From the NCBI RefSeq assembly GCF_009914755.1, contig NC_060937.1: a DNA stretch of 64,000 bases; one strand, written 5' to 3'. Positions within the stretch are counted from its first letter, which is position 1. Every line of letters begins with the position of its first letter. The notes below the pieces were generated by a model. That model worked only from the letters and a program-made list of their open reading frames with translations. It ran no database searches and had not been told where the DNA came from. Made by a program: the position numbers and the translations under genes. Source of the stretch: the human T2T-CHM13v2.0 reference genome, Homo sapiens. Positions 27,768 through 41,660 of this stretch are shown one piece after another.

Positions 27768-30700
27768 TAAACAACTTGTTTGGTGCCATGAGATACACAT
27801 TTTAAGTTCTTTTGATAAAATGATAATACTCTGGAAATCTGCATCATGCCCTAATTCTCTTGCCCTCATCCACCAAATGTGCTTTCCTCACTTGAGACCT
27901 TGTAAGATAGTAGTTAATAATAGCAGCTAGTATTTATTGACCAATTCCTGTGTGTGGGCCACTGTGTTGAGATTTTTACATGTATTATCTAATTTAAGCC
28001 TTTCTAAACCCGTTTGATAGGTGTTATTGTTATTCCCATTTTATAAATAAAGAAACTCAGGCACAGGAAGGTTTAGAAATTGCTCGAGTTCAGTTACACA
28101 GTAAGTGGTAGAGCCCGGATTCTAACCCAGATAGCCCCTGCTCTTAACAGCAACATTTTCTCTCTCCATCTAACCCCACTACATACTTACTGGTACAGAT
28201 TCCTGGGCCCTACCCTAATCCTACAGAATGGCCAAATGAGAATCTCTGGACAAGGCCCAGGTAGATGTATTTTGATAATGCTGCTTAAGTGATTCTGTTA
28301 TGCATCAAAAGTTGAGAACCACTGTTTGCATAGGGGCTTCTCACAGTAACTCTTTTAGTCTTTTATTGATTCTACCCTCACCATTGGAATGGCTCTCCTC
28401 TTTGTGCCAGATTGCATCATAAGTCTTCAACTTAAATCTCCTTGCACTTTAGCCTTTCTTGTTTATTCTGGCACAAACTGCTATCTCTATTCTGACCTGT
28501 TAAGCACACATTTTGCTATAAAATCAAGTACTGCTTTGTGTTTAATTTGGGTCCACATATATTTCTCAAGCGCTTTGTGCCTCACACTGTTAGTTGTTAG
28601 GGGAAATGAGGATAACATAAAAGTGACATTTCCTAAACTAAGACTTCAATTTCTCTTATACTCTTTTTACTCCTAGTTAGTAGTGTAGTGCTAGGCCCAG
28701 ACATTAAGCAAGAACTTGTTGACCCAACCTGTTGCATGGGATCTGACCTCCTGTGCTTCCTTCCATAGAAACTTACTAAGCATTCACTCTGCTGAGCGCT
28801 TGGGTGGATGCTAGGGATGTGGTGGAGACAGGAGCTGCTTGGCCTGTCAGAGGCTTCCCACCCTCTGGTGGTACCAACAGGCTACACAGGCAAGTGCCGT
28901 GCCGTGCTGTGCCGTGTGCCAGGTGCTATGCTAAGGAAGTGCAGGGTGATGTGAAAGCGCCAAAGAGAAACCTAACACAGACTTGTGCGGGCAGGGAACA
29001 GTTGCCCAAGGAAATGATGTGACACTTGAGCAGGACCCGAACAATAGAGGTTAGCCAGGAGAGAGGGGAGAGTCTCCAGCAGAGGGAACAGCACTGTGAC
29101 AGGAGTGACAACAGATGCATCAATAGGAACATTCAGCAGGAAGACAACAGAGAGGTGATATAGGCCAGGTTAAGCCAGTGGAAAAAAATAGCAGGATTTT
29201 AAGTATTGCACGTAAAAGCTTTCTGATTTCTCCAGTCCATTCTGGCCACATGGGGAGTGGATCAGTGAAGAGCAGGGAGAGCAAGACTGGAAGGGCAGTA
29301 AGATGAGCCGGCCTACTGTAGCAGCCCAGATGGAGGTGCTCATGAGCTGAACTTCGTAGGTGAACATGCTTGAGAAACATTCTGCAGTAGTATTGACCAG
29401 GACTTGGTGATTAACTGGATGTGTTAAATGAGGGAGGAAGAGAAGACTACCTAGGGTTTTGGGAGCAGGGCAGCTGTGAGAATGGTGTTGGCTTTCTCCC
29501 AGAGGGGAAATCCAAGAGCAAATGCCATTAATGAGCCAAGTTTTGAACCTGCAGAATTTGAGTTCATCTGTGGGACATGTGAGGGCATGCGTCCAGGAGG
29601 TAGTTTTGTATATAGGAGTCTGAAGTTGAGAGGAGTCTGGTCTGGAAATAAAAAATGAGGATTGTCCTTGTGCAGGTAGTTATCAAAGCTCCCGTGGATG
29701 TGGTTAAGATCGCCTGGGGAATATGTACAGAGTGAAAAGAGGCTCTCAGTACAAAATGCAGAGAACAGGAACAGCTGAGAAATGGGGAGAAGAAATGGAG
29801 AGGCGGGGAAAGCCATCCAAGTGCAGTGTCTTAGAAACCAAGGAAGAGAGTGTTTGGAGAAGAATGGAGAGGGCACAGATTCCGATGCTGCCCAGATGCT
29901 GGGGAAGGTAAGGCAGTCACTGGTGACCTGGGCAAGAGCAGTCTTGAGGGAGAAGTAGAAGCAAAAGTCAGACTATGAGCAAAAATCAAAAGTCAAGCAC
30001 TCAGAAGTGAACAAGTAGAGTTGGTAAGTGCAAACCACACTTTCAGTAAGTTTATCTGTGAAGTACGGGGAGGGGGAGAAGAGACAGTGGCTAGGGGTGG
30101 GTGTTGCAGGACCTGAGAAAGGGCATGTGGTGCCCTAGCTTCCTAGCTGATAGGAAGGAGCCAGTAGAGAGGGAAAGGGTAAAAGATGCAGGTCTCTGAG
30201 AAAGTACAGGATGCTCTCCAGCTTCAAGCAGAATATGATATGAGCTACTGAATTCTGTTCTGCAGGGATTTCACCAGTTCTAAAAACATTTGGAATGATT
30301 TAATTTCTCTCCTATACATCCAGGATGATATCAGCTCTGTACCATCCTTCAGATAATTGGGAAAGCAGTCACTTGAATCATTCCCTGAAGGGCTTAATTC
30401 TCCTAGGAATATGGCTAAGAAGGGCTGGCTAGAGTAATTTATATTTCATGTGTATCATTTGGCAGAAACTAACCACAACTTTCATTTAGTTCAGCACTGT
30501 TGTTGGGCATGCAGTAGTCTCAAATATGCCAGAAATCCAGGCAGTAACATAAGCACGGCGATAGTATGCTTCACTTAGGTGATTCACTTTTTTATTTTTT
30601 CTGCTAATGTAATTTGAACTATTAAAATTGTTTTTTATATGTTTTTACTCCTTTTGTTTTTCTAATACCTGTTAATATTCTACCATCTTGCTAACATTCT

Positions 30701-30791
30701 CTAGTCTTCTTTTTTAATTATCTGCAATATATCTTTTTTAATAGGCTAGTCTTCCATCTACTTGTCTATTTTAACTAAGAATAAAGCAGCA

Positions 30792-30922
30792 GGCTGGGTG
30801 TGGTAGCTCACGCTGGTAAATCCCAGCACTTTGGGAGGCCAAGATGGGAGGACCACTTGATGCTAGGAGTTAGAGGCCAGCCTGGGCAACATAGTGAGAC
30901 CCTATCTCTTAAAAAAAAAAAA
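30792..30922 (+). mobile_element. Alu monomer (FLAM-like)
   Basis: Single left arm with A tail. Confidence 0.8.
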
Positions 30923-31115
30923 GTGAAGCAGTATTATTATGAAGCTTTGAAAACTAAAAAACTTAAAATTATTTTATCTTGTACTGTAGAAGTTGAATAA
31001 GCAAATGTCTAGACATACATTTAATTAAGTTTCTCATAAGTCCCTTAAATTTTTTGAAGATTTCTATTCATCCTCATTCTTATGAACACACTCAAAAACT
31101 TAAAAGATTACATGA

Positions 31116-31406
<291 letters not shown>

Positions 31407-31620
31407 TGCCATATCTGTAAAATTAAAGATATTTTATATAAACTGGTTAAACACCTTCATATGTAAATATTTTTCTAAATTCAATCTCATTTGTCAAATC
31501 ATTTTACTTTAGAAAACAGACAAAATTTCCTTTTAGAATAAAAGGAAGTGTTGAAAAGAAAATGGATGACTAGCCTTCGGCTTCCATTCTTGGTATACAT
31601 GAGAGAGGCTGGCTGCTGAG

Positions 31621-33921
31621 ATGAATGTGAACCAGGTTGCAGAGAATCTGGCTTTGAGCCACCAGGAAGAACTAGTGGATTTGCCAAAAAACTACCCCTT
31701 GAGTGAAAATGAAGATGAGGGGGACAGTGATGGAGAGAGAAAGCATCAAAAGCTTCTGGAAGCAATCATTTCCCTTGATGGAAAGAATAGGCGGAAATTG
31801 GCTGAGAGGTCTGAGGCTAGTCTGAAAGTGTCAGAGTTCAGTGTCAGTTCTGAAGGATCAGGAGAAAAGCTGGGCCTTGCAGATCTGCTTGAGCCCGTTA
31901 AAACTTCATCTTCTTTGGCCACTGTAAAAAAGCAACTGAATAGAGTCAAATCAAAGAAGGTGGTGGAGTTACCTCTTAACAAAGAAAAAATTGAACAGAT
32001 CCACAGAGAAGTAGCATTCAGTAAAACCTCACAGGTCCTCTCCAAATGGGACCCTATCATCCTGAAGAACCAGCAGGCAGAGCAGCTGGTTTTTCCCCTG
32101 GGGAAGGAGCAGCCAGCCATTGCTCCCATTGAACATGCGCTCAGTGGCTGGAAGGCAAGAACTCCCCTGGAGCAGGAAATTTTTAACCTCCTCCATAAGA
32201 ACAAGCAGCCAGTGACAGATCCTTTACTGACTCCCATGGAAAAGGCCTCTCTCCAAGCCATGAGCCTGGAAGAGGCAAAGATGCACCGAGCAGAGCTTCA
32301 GAGGGCTCGGGCTCTGCAGTCCTACTATGAGGCCAAGGCTCGAAAAGAGAAGAAAATCAAAAGTAAAAAGTATCACAAAGTCGTGAAGAAAGGAAAGGCC
32401 AAGAAAGCCTTAAAAGAGTTTGAGCAGCTACAGAAGGTTAATCCAACTGTGGCACTGGAAGAAATGGAAAAAATTGAAAATGCCAGAATGATGGAAAGAA
32501 TGAGCCTTAAGCACCAAAACAGTGGGAAATGGGCCAAGTCAAAGGCAATTATGGCCAAATATGACCTGGAGGCTCGCCAAGCTATGCAGGAACAGTTGGC
32601 CAAGAACAAAGAACTGACACAGAAACTCCAGGTAGCCTCTGAGAGTGAGGAAGAGGAGGGAGGCACAGAAGTGGAAGAACTCCTTGTCCCTCATGTAGCG
32701 AATGAAGTGCAGATGAATGTGGACGGACCGAATCCCTGGATGTTCAGGAGCTGCACCAGTGACACCAAAGAGGCTGCAACACAGGAGGACCCTGAGCAAG
32801 TGCCAGAGCTTGCAGCTCATGAGGTTTCTGCAAGTGAGGCAGAAGAAAGACCAGTGGCAGAGGAAGAAATTTTGTTGAGAGAATTTGAGGAAAGGCAATC
32901 CCTTAGAAAAAGATCTGAGCTCAACCAGGATGCTGAGCCAGCAAGCAGTCAAGAAACAAAAGATTCTAGCAGCCAGGAGGTGCTGTCCGAATTGAGGGCA
33001 CTATCTCAGAAATTGAAGGAAAAACATCAGTCCAGGAAGCAAAAAGCAAGTTCAGAGGGGACTGTTCCCCAGGTCCAGAGAGAGGAACCTGCCCCAGAAG
33101 AAGCGGAACCCCTATTGCTACAGAGGTCAGAGAGAGTACAAACTCTGGAAGAGCTAGAAGAGCTGGGAAAAGAAGATTGTTTTCAAAATAAGGAGCTTCC
33201 CAGACCTGTGTTAGAAGGACAGCAGTCAGAGAGGACCCCAAATAATCGGCCTGATGCCCCTAAGGAGAAGAAAGAGAAGGAGCAACTGATCAACCTACAG
33301 AACTTCCTGACCACACAGTCTCCTTCCGTGAGGTCTTTGGCAGTTCCCACAATAATAGAGGAGCTGGAAGATGAAGAGGAGAGAGACCAAAGGCAGATGA
33401 TAAAGGAAGCTTTTGCTGGGGATGATGTCATCAGAGATTTCTTGAAAGAGAAGAGGGAAGCTGTGGAGGCGAGTAAGCCAAAGGACGTGGACCTGACACT
33501 ACCTGGCTGGGGCGAGTGGGGTGGTGTGGGCCTAAAGCCCAGTGCCAAGAAAAGACGCCAGTTTCTCATTAAAGCCCCTGAGGGTCCTCCAAGAAAAGAT
33601 AAGAATTTGCCAAATGTGATTATCAGTGAGAAGCGCAACATCCACGCAGCAGCTCATCAGGTACAAGTGCTTCCATATCCATTTACCCACCATCGGCAAT
33701 TTGAAAGGACCATCCAGACCCCTATAGGATCCACATGGAACACCCAGAGGGCTTTCCAAAAGCTGACTACTCCCAAGGTCGTCACCAAGCCAGGCCATAT
33801 CATTAAGCCCATAAAAGCAGAGGATGTGGGCTACCAGTCTTCCTCAAGGTCAGACCTGCCTGTCATACAGAGGAATCCAAAACGAATCACCACACGTCAC
33901 AATAAAGAAGAAAAACTGTAG
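31621..33921 (+). CDS. UTP14C: UTP14C, U3 snoRNP / SSU processome protein; intronless retrogene of X-linked UTP14A, nested in the ALG11 3' exon
   Basis: 766-aa uninterrupted ORF with Utp14 motifs (RMSLKHQNSGKWAK, LPGWGEWGG, PIGSTWNT); flanked by a 17-bp TSD. Confidence 0.97.
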   Translation: MNVNQVAENLALSHQEELVDLPKNYPLSENEDEGDSDGERKHQKLLEAIISLDGKNRRKLAERSEASLKVSEFSVSSEGSGEKLGLADLLEPVKTSSSLATVKKQLNRVKSKKVVELPLNKEKIEQIHREVAFSKTSQVLSKWDPIILKNQQAEQLVFPLGKEQPAIAPIEHALSGWKARTPLEQEIFNLLHKNKQPVTDPLLTPMEKASLQAMSLEEAKMHRAELQRARALQSYYEAKARKEKKIKSKKYHKVVKKGKAKKALKEFEQLQKVNPTVALEEMEKIENARMMERMSLKHQNSGKWAKSKAIMAKYDLEARQAMQEQLAKNKELTQKLQVASESEEEEGGTEVEELLVPHVANEVQMNVDGPNPWMFRSCTSDTKEAATQEDPEQVPELAAHEVSASEAEERPVAEEEILLREFEERQSLRKRSELNQDAEPASSQETKDSSSQEVLSELRALSQKLKEKHQSRKQKASSEGTVPQVQREEPAPEEAEPLLLQRSERVQTLEELEELGKEDCFQNKELPRPVLEGQQSERTPNNRPDAPKEKKEKEQLINLQNFLTTQSPSVRSLAVPTIIEELEDEEERDQRQMIKEAFAGDDVIRDFLKEKREAVEASKPKDVDLTLPGWGEWGGVGLKPSAKKRRQFLIKAPEGPPRKDKNLPNVIISEKRNIHAAAHQVQVLPYPFTHHRQFERTIQTPIGSTWNTQRAFQKLTTPKVVTKPGHIIKPIKAEDVGYQSSSRSDLPVIQRNPKRITTRHNKEEKL

Positions 33922-34756
33922 GTTGTGTAGCTGGAGAAGTGACAGTCAGGGGCCCTGATTCCACTTCCTTTGGTCCAGTTTTACTCTGCTACAGGGTGGA
34001 TTCCAAAACTGGCTCAGCACATTGCATGTAGTTGAGCCACATTTTTTAAAAAAAGAAAATGGATGACCATTAATTGACTAGCATTTTAGAATTGATCAGA
34101 CATTAGAACACAGAAAAATTCTAGTACATTTAAATTCTAAACAATACAGTGGATGACCCTTTTGAATATACCTAATGATTTCCTTAAAAAAGAAATTTTA
34201 AACAGACTTGTTTAATCGTGTTCTCAAAGCATACAGTCAAGAGGTGGGACTGACTGATGCTTTATAGGTGTGTGTAGGGTGGTAGAGGCCAAGGTGCTGC
34301 CAGCAATCCTTTCCATACTAGGTACTGGTGAAAATTGTTTTTGTTTATGCTGTCAGCACATTTGTGTGGGTCTCTCATTGTCCCTTAACAGTGCCGCATC
34401 TCAGCCTGGAAGTCAGCTTTAAGTCATTCAAGAGAACCTCAGGCTGTTTTTCTGACAGTGATGATATGATATACAGATACATCCACAGGGTATCTATTAC
34501 CAGCATAATGCATTGTAAGATGGCAAGGTGGCATTTTGAAAGAGCGCTGGGCAAGCAGTTAGCACATCTGGGCCTACCTTCAGCTTCTTCATTTACAAAC
34601 TTCTGACCTTTTGACACTAAAGCTGCTCCTTTATCTTTCTGAGTCTCAGATTCTTCATCTGTAATCTGGAGTTGTTAATTCCAGTCCTTACTACCTTTTA
34701 GAGTTGGAATGAGATGGAAAGTAGATGAAACTACTTTGAAAATTACGACAGTTAAG

Positions 34757-35075
<319 letters not shown>

Positions 35076-36367
35076 TTAAAGGTAACATCACATACTAAAT
35101 GTCTTCTATAATCCTATATTTATTAATGCATTACAACTCTGTAGATTGTTAGTTACTAGGCCAGTAGCTAGGAATTGGTATAAATTTAATGCACCTTCTA
35201 TCCTGAATAACTAGCATGGAAAAGTGAATATATGTGTGAGCAGATATGGCTATAAAGACCTATAGCTTTTGCACTTTATGCATATATAATCAATCCTTTC
35301 TAGTTCAGTGAATTGACCCCATCCACAGGCTGATTCATCTTTGTGTTAAGGGGCAAATGAAACGGTATATTATTTCTTTGCAGTCTCCTCTCAGTCATTC
35401 ATCAATGTGGCCAGCTTATCTACTCCCAATTATGTTGTTGATACATCTCCAAGCCATCTGTCATCAGATCAAAAAGCAGCAAACAGAGGGTCAGTCACAG
35501 GATGTTCTGACACACCATTGTAACTTTTTGTTAGAGATGATCCCATTTAGAAAAAGACTGGTAGAAATTGGAGTGAAAGGAACCCTACAGATTAGCCCAG
35601 TTCTCTCTTATTTTCAGCTTTACAGACAAGAACAATTTAAATCTAAAGAATTTAGTAGATTCCTTCAGTGTCACAAAGCTGTTTCATGAAAGAATCAAGA
35701 TTATAACCTGGATATTCTGACTCCTGGCCCAGTGCTTTTTCTTACTTTGTAGCTACACTTTGAAGTAAGATTCAAACTGTTATCCACTCAATTGCCTTAT
35801 TCCTGAGGATGTAGTGAAGGAAGAAAAAGTTTTCTGGAATTCCGTAAATTATATTTTAAGCTTATTTCTTCAAAATTATTTTCATATATCACAGATATAT
35901 CATTGGAAGATATAATTTGCATATATGTTCATTATCAGTGTTCCTAATTTGGTATTACATGTATTCTATTTTTTTCTGAATGATAGCATGAAAAGTGTCA
36001 AAGTGGTTTGTCCGCTAGCGTCTGTCTGCAGAACTTTCAGGATGACTATTAATTCCTCTCAGATGTCATTTTTGAGTGGTCCAAGCCTGCTGTTTTGAAC
36101 CCACAGCAGTGGAGATTTGTATTCTTATTTACAGTTGTGTACTATAAAGTGTGTGTTACATAGGTTTTGTGTAATAATTATTTGTAAATATTATTTAGAT
36201 TTGTATTTAGACATGATTTATATCTAATATAGATACAAAGTCTGTGTCTAAATATTATTTAAAGAAGTGATTTTTCATTCTCTTGGATTCTTTCCAGTGT
36301 GGTGCCTTTTATATGCCTCACATAGTCTCCTTGTTCTCCTACTAATATTCCCAAGCTCCATATGCCA

Positions 36368-36449
36368 ATTAAAGAAGAAACAAAAATAAAAGTTTGTCTT
36401 GCTTGTGAAACATTAAGAAGAGGCTGTCAGGTTTAATAAACTTTTTAAT
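36368..36449. terminator. Cluster of poly(A) signals at the likely convergent 3' ends of ALG11/UTP14C (+) and NEK5 (-)
   Basis: Plus strand ATTAAA 36368, AATAAA 36385 and 36435; minus strand ATTAAA at 36432-36437 and 36444-36449; usage is inferred. Confidence 0.6.
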
Positions 36450-37320
36450 GAATATTTCAGACATAACAAAAAACTGCAGAGCTTCGTACACTTGATTTAA
36501 ATAATTCTTGAGGGATTTTATAAGGTCATCTTATAGACAAAATTAAGAGACACCAGTGTGGTTATCAATGCTTTCAGAATACTTGTGTTTATGTAAATAT
36601 ACCCCAGAGTCCAAAACTCTGATATATTCATATATATTCACAATGAGAGGATGTCTGTGCCAAATCTGTCAATCAGTACAATAGAAAAGTTAATTATATA
36701 ACTACAACACGAAACACAAATTTTTAGAAGCAAATTATGTCCTGTAATTTACCCCCCTCCCCGCTGCTCCTCTGCTAACTCATTTTCCTCTTTTCCCACT
36801 CTAAATGTAAGGCAACCCTTGGCTTTGGAGAAGCATCTGTTCCAATATTCTGGTGCTATGTGCTCAGTTGTACTATATGCAAATGTTACTAGACACAGAG
36901 GAGGTCAAAGTGTTGATACACTTATTGCTACCATTTACAGAATGATCAATTTGATAGCTATCATACATGGCTAGCAAGACACTGATTTTTCTAATAAAAA
37001 AATTTTTAATGCATACAGGTCTGGTGAACAGTTTCAATTTAACGGATGAGGCCAAGGCTAAAGCCAGAGTAAAGTAATCAGAGCCATGCCTCAGGAACAC
37101 GATTTAGCTAATAGTGTGTGTAAAATGGGTAAGGTCTAGAATTAGGGACTAAAATCAGCTGAAAGTGTTGCAGATATGTATACTTATCACAGTGAATACT
37201 TCCAGTTTACAGCAAAGAATTCAAAATTGTTGAGTAAAGCTTGGTGACTATTACCTAAAATAGACTAGACTTTAGCCAAGCATCTTTTATCATGGGAACA
37301 AACCCGATAACCTGACATGC

Positions 37321-37720
<400 letters not shown>

Positions 37721-38760
37721 TAATTGACTTGATCTTTGGATGTTTGAGGTTATTAGGGATCATGTTTCATTTCCCTTGCTTTCAAATACAGTTCAGAATA
37801 AGGATTACATGAAGTCACTAGCAGTTTTACTATGTCTGAACTAGTCCTGAAAGTAAATAAACATGCACATCCGGAGCACTAAAAGAGTTGCAGAATTAAT
37901 GATACTCCAATCTCTCAGGCCATGTGTCAGTTGGAAACTAACACAATGGTGAGAACATTTTAAATATTTACAGCCTCATGATGTGAACAAACAGCATTCT
38001 CCCTAAAAGAGTAGACTGTAACTCTACACCAAGTTGAAAGAACAGTCTGTCAAACATCAGGAAATAGTCACAAAAAACTGGATGTACCTCAGGTGACTCC
38101 TAAGACTTGCATTCTCCACATTTAATGAAAATTATATGAAATGTAAATAGTAAACAGACCTTAGAAATAATCTGACCCACCTTACCTCATCTTTGTTTTC
38201 TCAGTTTAACAGTGTATCGGTGAGACATTTTACTTTTATTATAAAGAAGATATTTCAGGCAGAATTCTACCACCCTGAAATGTAACCACCCTCTCCTTCC
38301 TAAGCCCAGACATACTCCTTAGTATTTAAATAAACATCTGTTAAGCTCCAGGCCATGTTCAACGTTGGAATTGTTATGATCAATTTTAAAAAGTTAGTTT
38401 TCCTACACCAAACAGCTTACAGTCTTAATGAGGAAATGTTTTAGCATTTATTAATTCAGGAAACATTTCTGGCACTGTGCTAATAACTATATAAGAAAAT
38501 CATTGTAAGATATAAAGACCAGATATAGTCCCTGCCCTCAACCTATACACTTGAAACTATTGGAAACTATTGAAACTATTAGACAAAATGGCCATGGTCA
38601 TTTAGTGCATAATTAACACACCATGCCTTGTTGTTCTTGCTCAATTGCCTTATTCCTGTGTCAACATCAGCTTCAAAAAAGTGTATTCAATGCAACAAGA
38701 AACTTCAAAATCACAGTTTTGTAAAACGGCAGATTATGTTAAATGAGTGAACCTGTATAT

Positions 38761-39563
38761 TGTATTTGTTTTCTATTGCTGTCCTAACAAATTATCACAA
38801 ACTTAGTTAACACAAATTTATTATCTTAACAGTTCTGCAAGTCAGAAGTATGAAATTGAACTCACTAGGCTAAAATTAAGTTGTTGGCAGGGCTGTGTTC
38901 CTTCTGGAGGCTCTAGGGAAGAATCCATTTCTTTGCCTTTTCCAGATTCCAGAGGCTGTCTGAATTCTTAGTTTGTGGCCTTGTCCAACATCTTCAAAGC
39001 CAGCAACATCAGGCTGAGTCCTTTTCATGCTGCGATCTCTCTGGTTTTCTCTTTTGTCTTCCTCTTCCACTTGTAAGGACCCTTGTGATTACACTGCACC
39101 CAGGTGGATAAACCAAGATAACCTCCCTATTTTAAGGTCAGCTGATAAGCAAACAATTTCACCTGCAACCTTAATTCTCCTTTGCCATATTTGCAAACTG
39201 TGGGGATTAGGATGGGACATGTTTTGGAGGGGGCATTGAGCCACATTACTCTGCCTACCACATATATTAGCTGAAAGCTTTTTTTTTTTTTTCTTTTTTT
39301 GAGACAGAGTTTCGCTCTTGTTGCCCAGGCTGGAGTGCAGTGGCACAATCTCGGCTCACTTGCAACTTCCATCTCCTGGGTTCAGGTGATTCTCCTGCCT
39401 CAGCCTCCCAAGTAACTGGGATTACAGGCATGCACCACCATGCCCAGCTAATTTTGTATTTTTAGTAGAGACGGGGTTTCACCATGTTGGTTGGACTGGT
39501 CTCAAACTCCTGACCTCATGATCTGCCTGCCTTGGCCTCCCAAAGTGATGAGACTGCCCGGCC
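38761..39563 (-). mobile_element. MLT1-type LTR (about 38761-39260) followed by an antisense AluS (39279-39563)
   Basis: MLT1 motifs (ttcctattgct-like start, ggaggctctagggaagaatcc) and Alu consensus. Confidence 0.75.
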
Positions 39564-39763
39564 TAAGATTTCTTAATAGAAACTTTAAAGTAAAAATATT
39601 AATGGCTATATTCAAAAGTTCTACTTCCTAAATTGAAAGAAAAATTAATAAATCCTTGAGATTACTAGAAAACCCTTACAGTAAATGAGCATTTATGACT
39701 TGTACCCAAATAAATACTATAGGTAATAGACACTAACTTATTACTTAAGAAAAAGTACAATAA

Positions 39764-40034
39764 TCACACTTGTATATTTTGACTGGTTGTTGATGTTCCT
39801 TGGTCTTCATCAGTAATACAAATGTGGTCATTAGATGTAGTAGAAATATTCTCCAAGCCCTCCCTTAATTCTTCAGATTTCTGCATACTTATCCCCTCTC
39901 TTTCTCTTGACTTTCTAGAGTCCTTAGAGGTACTGGAGGCCTCTTCTGTTTTTTCTTCCCCTTTGAAAGTAGCGAGTTTTTCTAAGTATTCTACTACTTC
40001 ATCTCTCAACTCATCTTCAGATTCTTCAAAATTT
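39764..40034 (-). CDS. NEK5: NEK5 (NIMA-related kinase 5) long-isoform terminal coding exon, NFEESEDELRDEV...SQNIQV*
   Basis: Acceptor TTATTTCAG|A, phase 2 matching the upstream exon; 89 codons then TGA; gene identity from locus order and acidic NEK-type tail. Confidence 0.85.
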
Positions 40035-40450
40035 CTGAAATAATAAGCAGTAAAAATCAGCATTATGATATGAAAGTACTGAAGAATACATGTAAAAACT
40101 CGTTTCCCTTTTCTCCATCCCCAGTTGAGCAATATAAAAGTTGCATTTTCACCTAGGTTTTTCTAAGCATGATAAACAGCTAATGTTGGGAGAATCAGTC
40201 TTCTGTTGAGTTTTACATTGTGTTAAACACCCTTTATTATATTTATTAATGTCCATCATCTAATGTTTAAGAGGAGAGGAAGAGAGAATTAAAAAAAAAG
40301 AAAAAAACAATTGCCGTACATCGAGCTCTTACTATATGTCCATCAATATCCTAGGGTACTTATACCATATTCCACTTAATACTAACAACATTTTGAGGTA
40401 GACATTATCATCAAATTATAAATAAAGAAGCTAAGGCTCAGAGAGGTTAA

Positions 40451-40827
<377 letters not shown>

Positions 40828-41027
40828 TTAGAAAGGAAAGGGAATAGATCAATAAGACAATCTGCACCAACCTAAATTAAACCTAAAAGTAACTGCACCA
40901 ACCTAATATTTAAGTAGCAAGTATGAGGTCAGGAGTTTGAGACCAGCCTGGCCAACATGGCAAAACCCCTTCTCTACTAAAAATACAAAAAATTAGGCAT
41001 GGTGGCGCACACTTGTAGTTCCAGCTA

Positions 41028-41135
<108 letters not shown>

Positions 41136-41385
41136 TCAAAACAAAACGGAACAAAAAAAGTGGCAAGTGGAGGAGATTGAGAAAGAGCTGATAAGAGCCA
41201 AGAAGATGTGTATCGTGGAAGCCAAAGGAGTAGCCAAATAGGATGAGGACTGAGAAATGATTACCTGACTTGCCAATTTCAAGGTAATAGATGACTGTTG
41301 AAAGAATATTTCAGATGAGTGCCGTGCAGCAGGAGCCAATGTACAGTGGGTCCAGAAAGCAATGGAGATTAACAAAGTGGTGACA

Positions 41386-41660
41386 GGTGGGGACTACAGG
41401 TGAGCACCACTATGCCCAGGTTTTTTATTTTTAGCAGCTAGGAGGTCTCACTGTGTTACCCAGGCTGGTCATAAACTACTGTGTTCAAACAATCCTCTCA
41501 CCTCAGCCTCCCAAAGTGCTGGGAGAGCTACTCAGGAGGCTGATGCAGGAGGATTGCTTGAGCCCAGGAGTTTACAGTTGTAATGAGCTATGATCATGCC
41601 ACTGCACTCCAGCCTAGGCATCAGAGCAAGACACTCATCTGAAAAAAAAAAAAAAAAAAA
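41386..41660. mobile_element. AluJ-like element with inverted 5' half
   Basis: Antisense left arm, sense right arm and poly-A within the TSD AAAGTGGTGACA. Confidence 0.85.

Noticed and set aside
28896-28920. (GTGCC)n microsatellite resembling the promoter repeat core
   Set aside because: Short and imperfect; the similarity is likely coincidental
31746-33798. Antisense ORFs over UTP14C
   Set aside because: Shadow frames of the real coding sequence
33901-33906. AATAAA inside the end of the UTP14C CDS
   Set aside because: About 140 nt from the retrocopy A-tract and explained by Asn-Lys codons
35357-35689. 110-aa ATG ORF in the 3' UTR as a third cistron
   Set aside because: No recognisable homology or motif; length compatible with chance
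40035-40132. N-terminal part of the 122-aa ORF at the NEK5 last exon
   Set aside because: Lies upstream of the splice acceptor, so it is intronic
40862-40905. Direct repeat ctgcaccaacctaa
   Set aside because: Isolated 14-bp microduplication with no array or functional context
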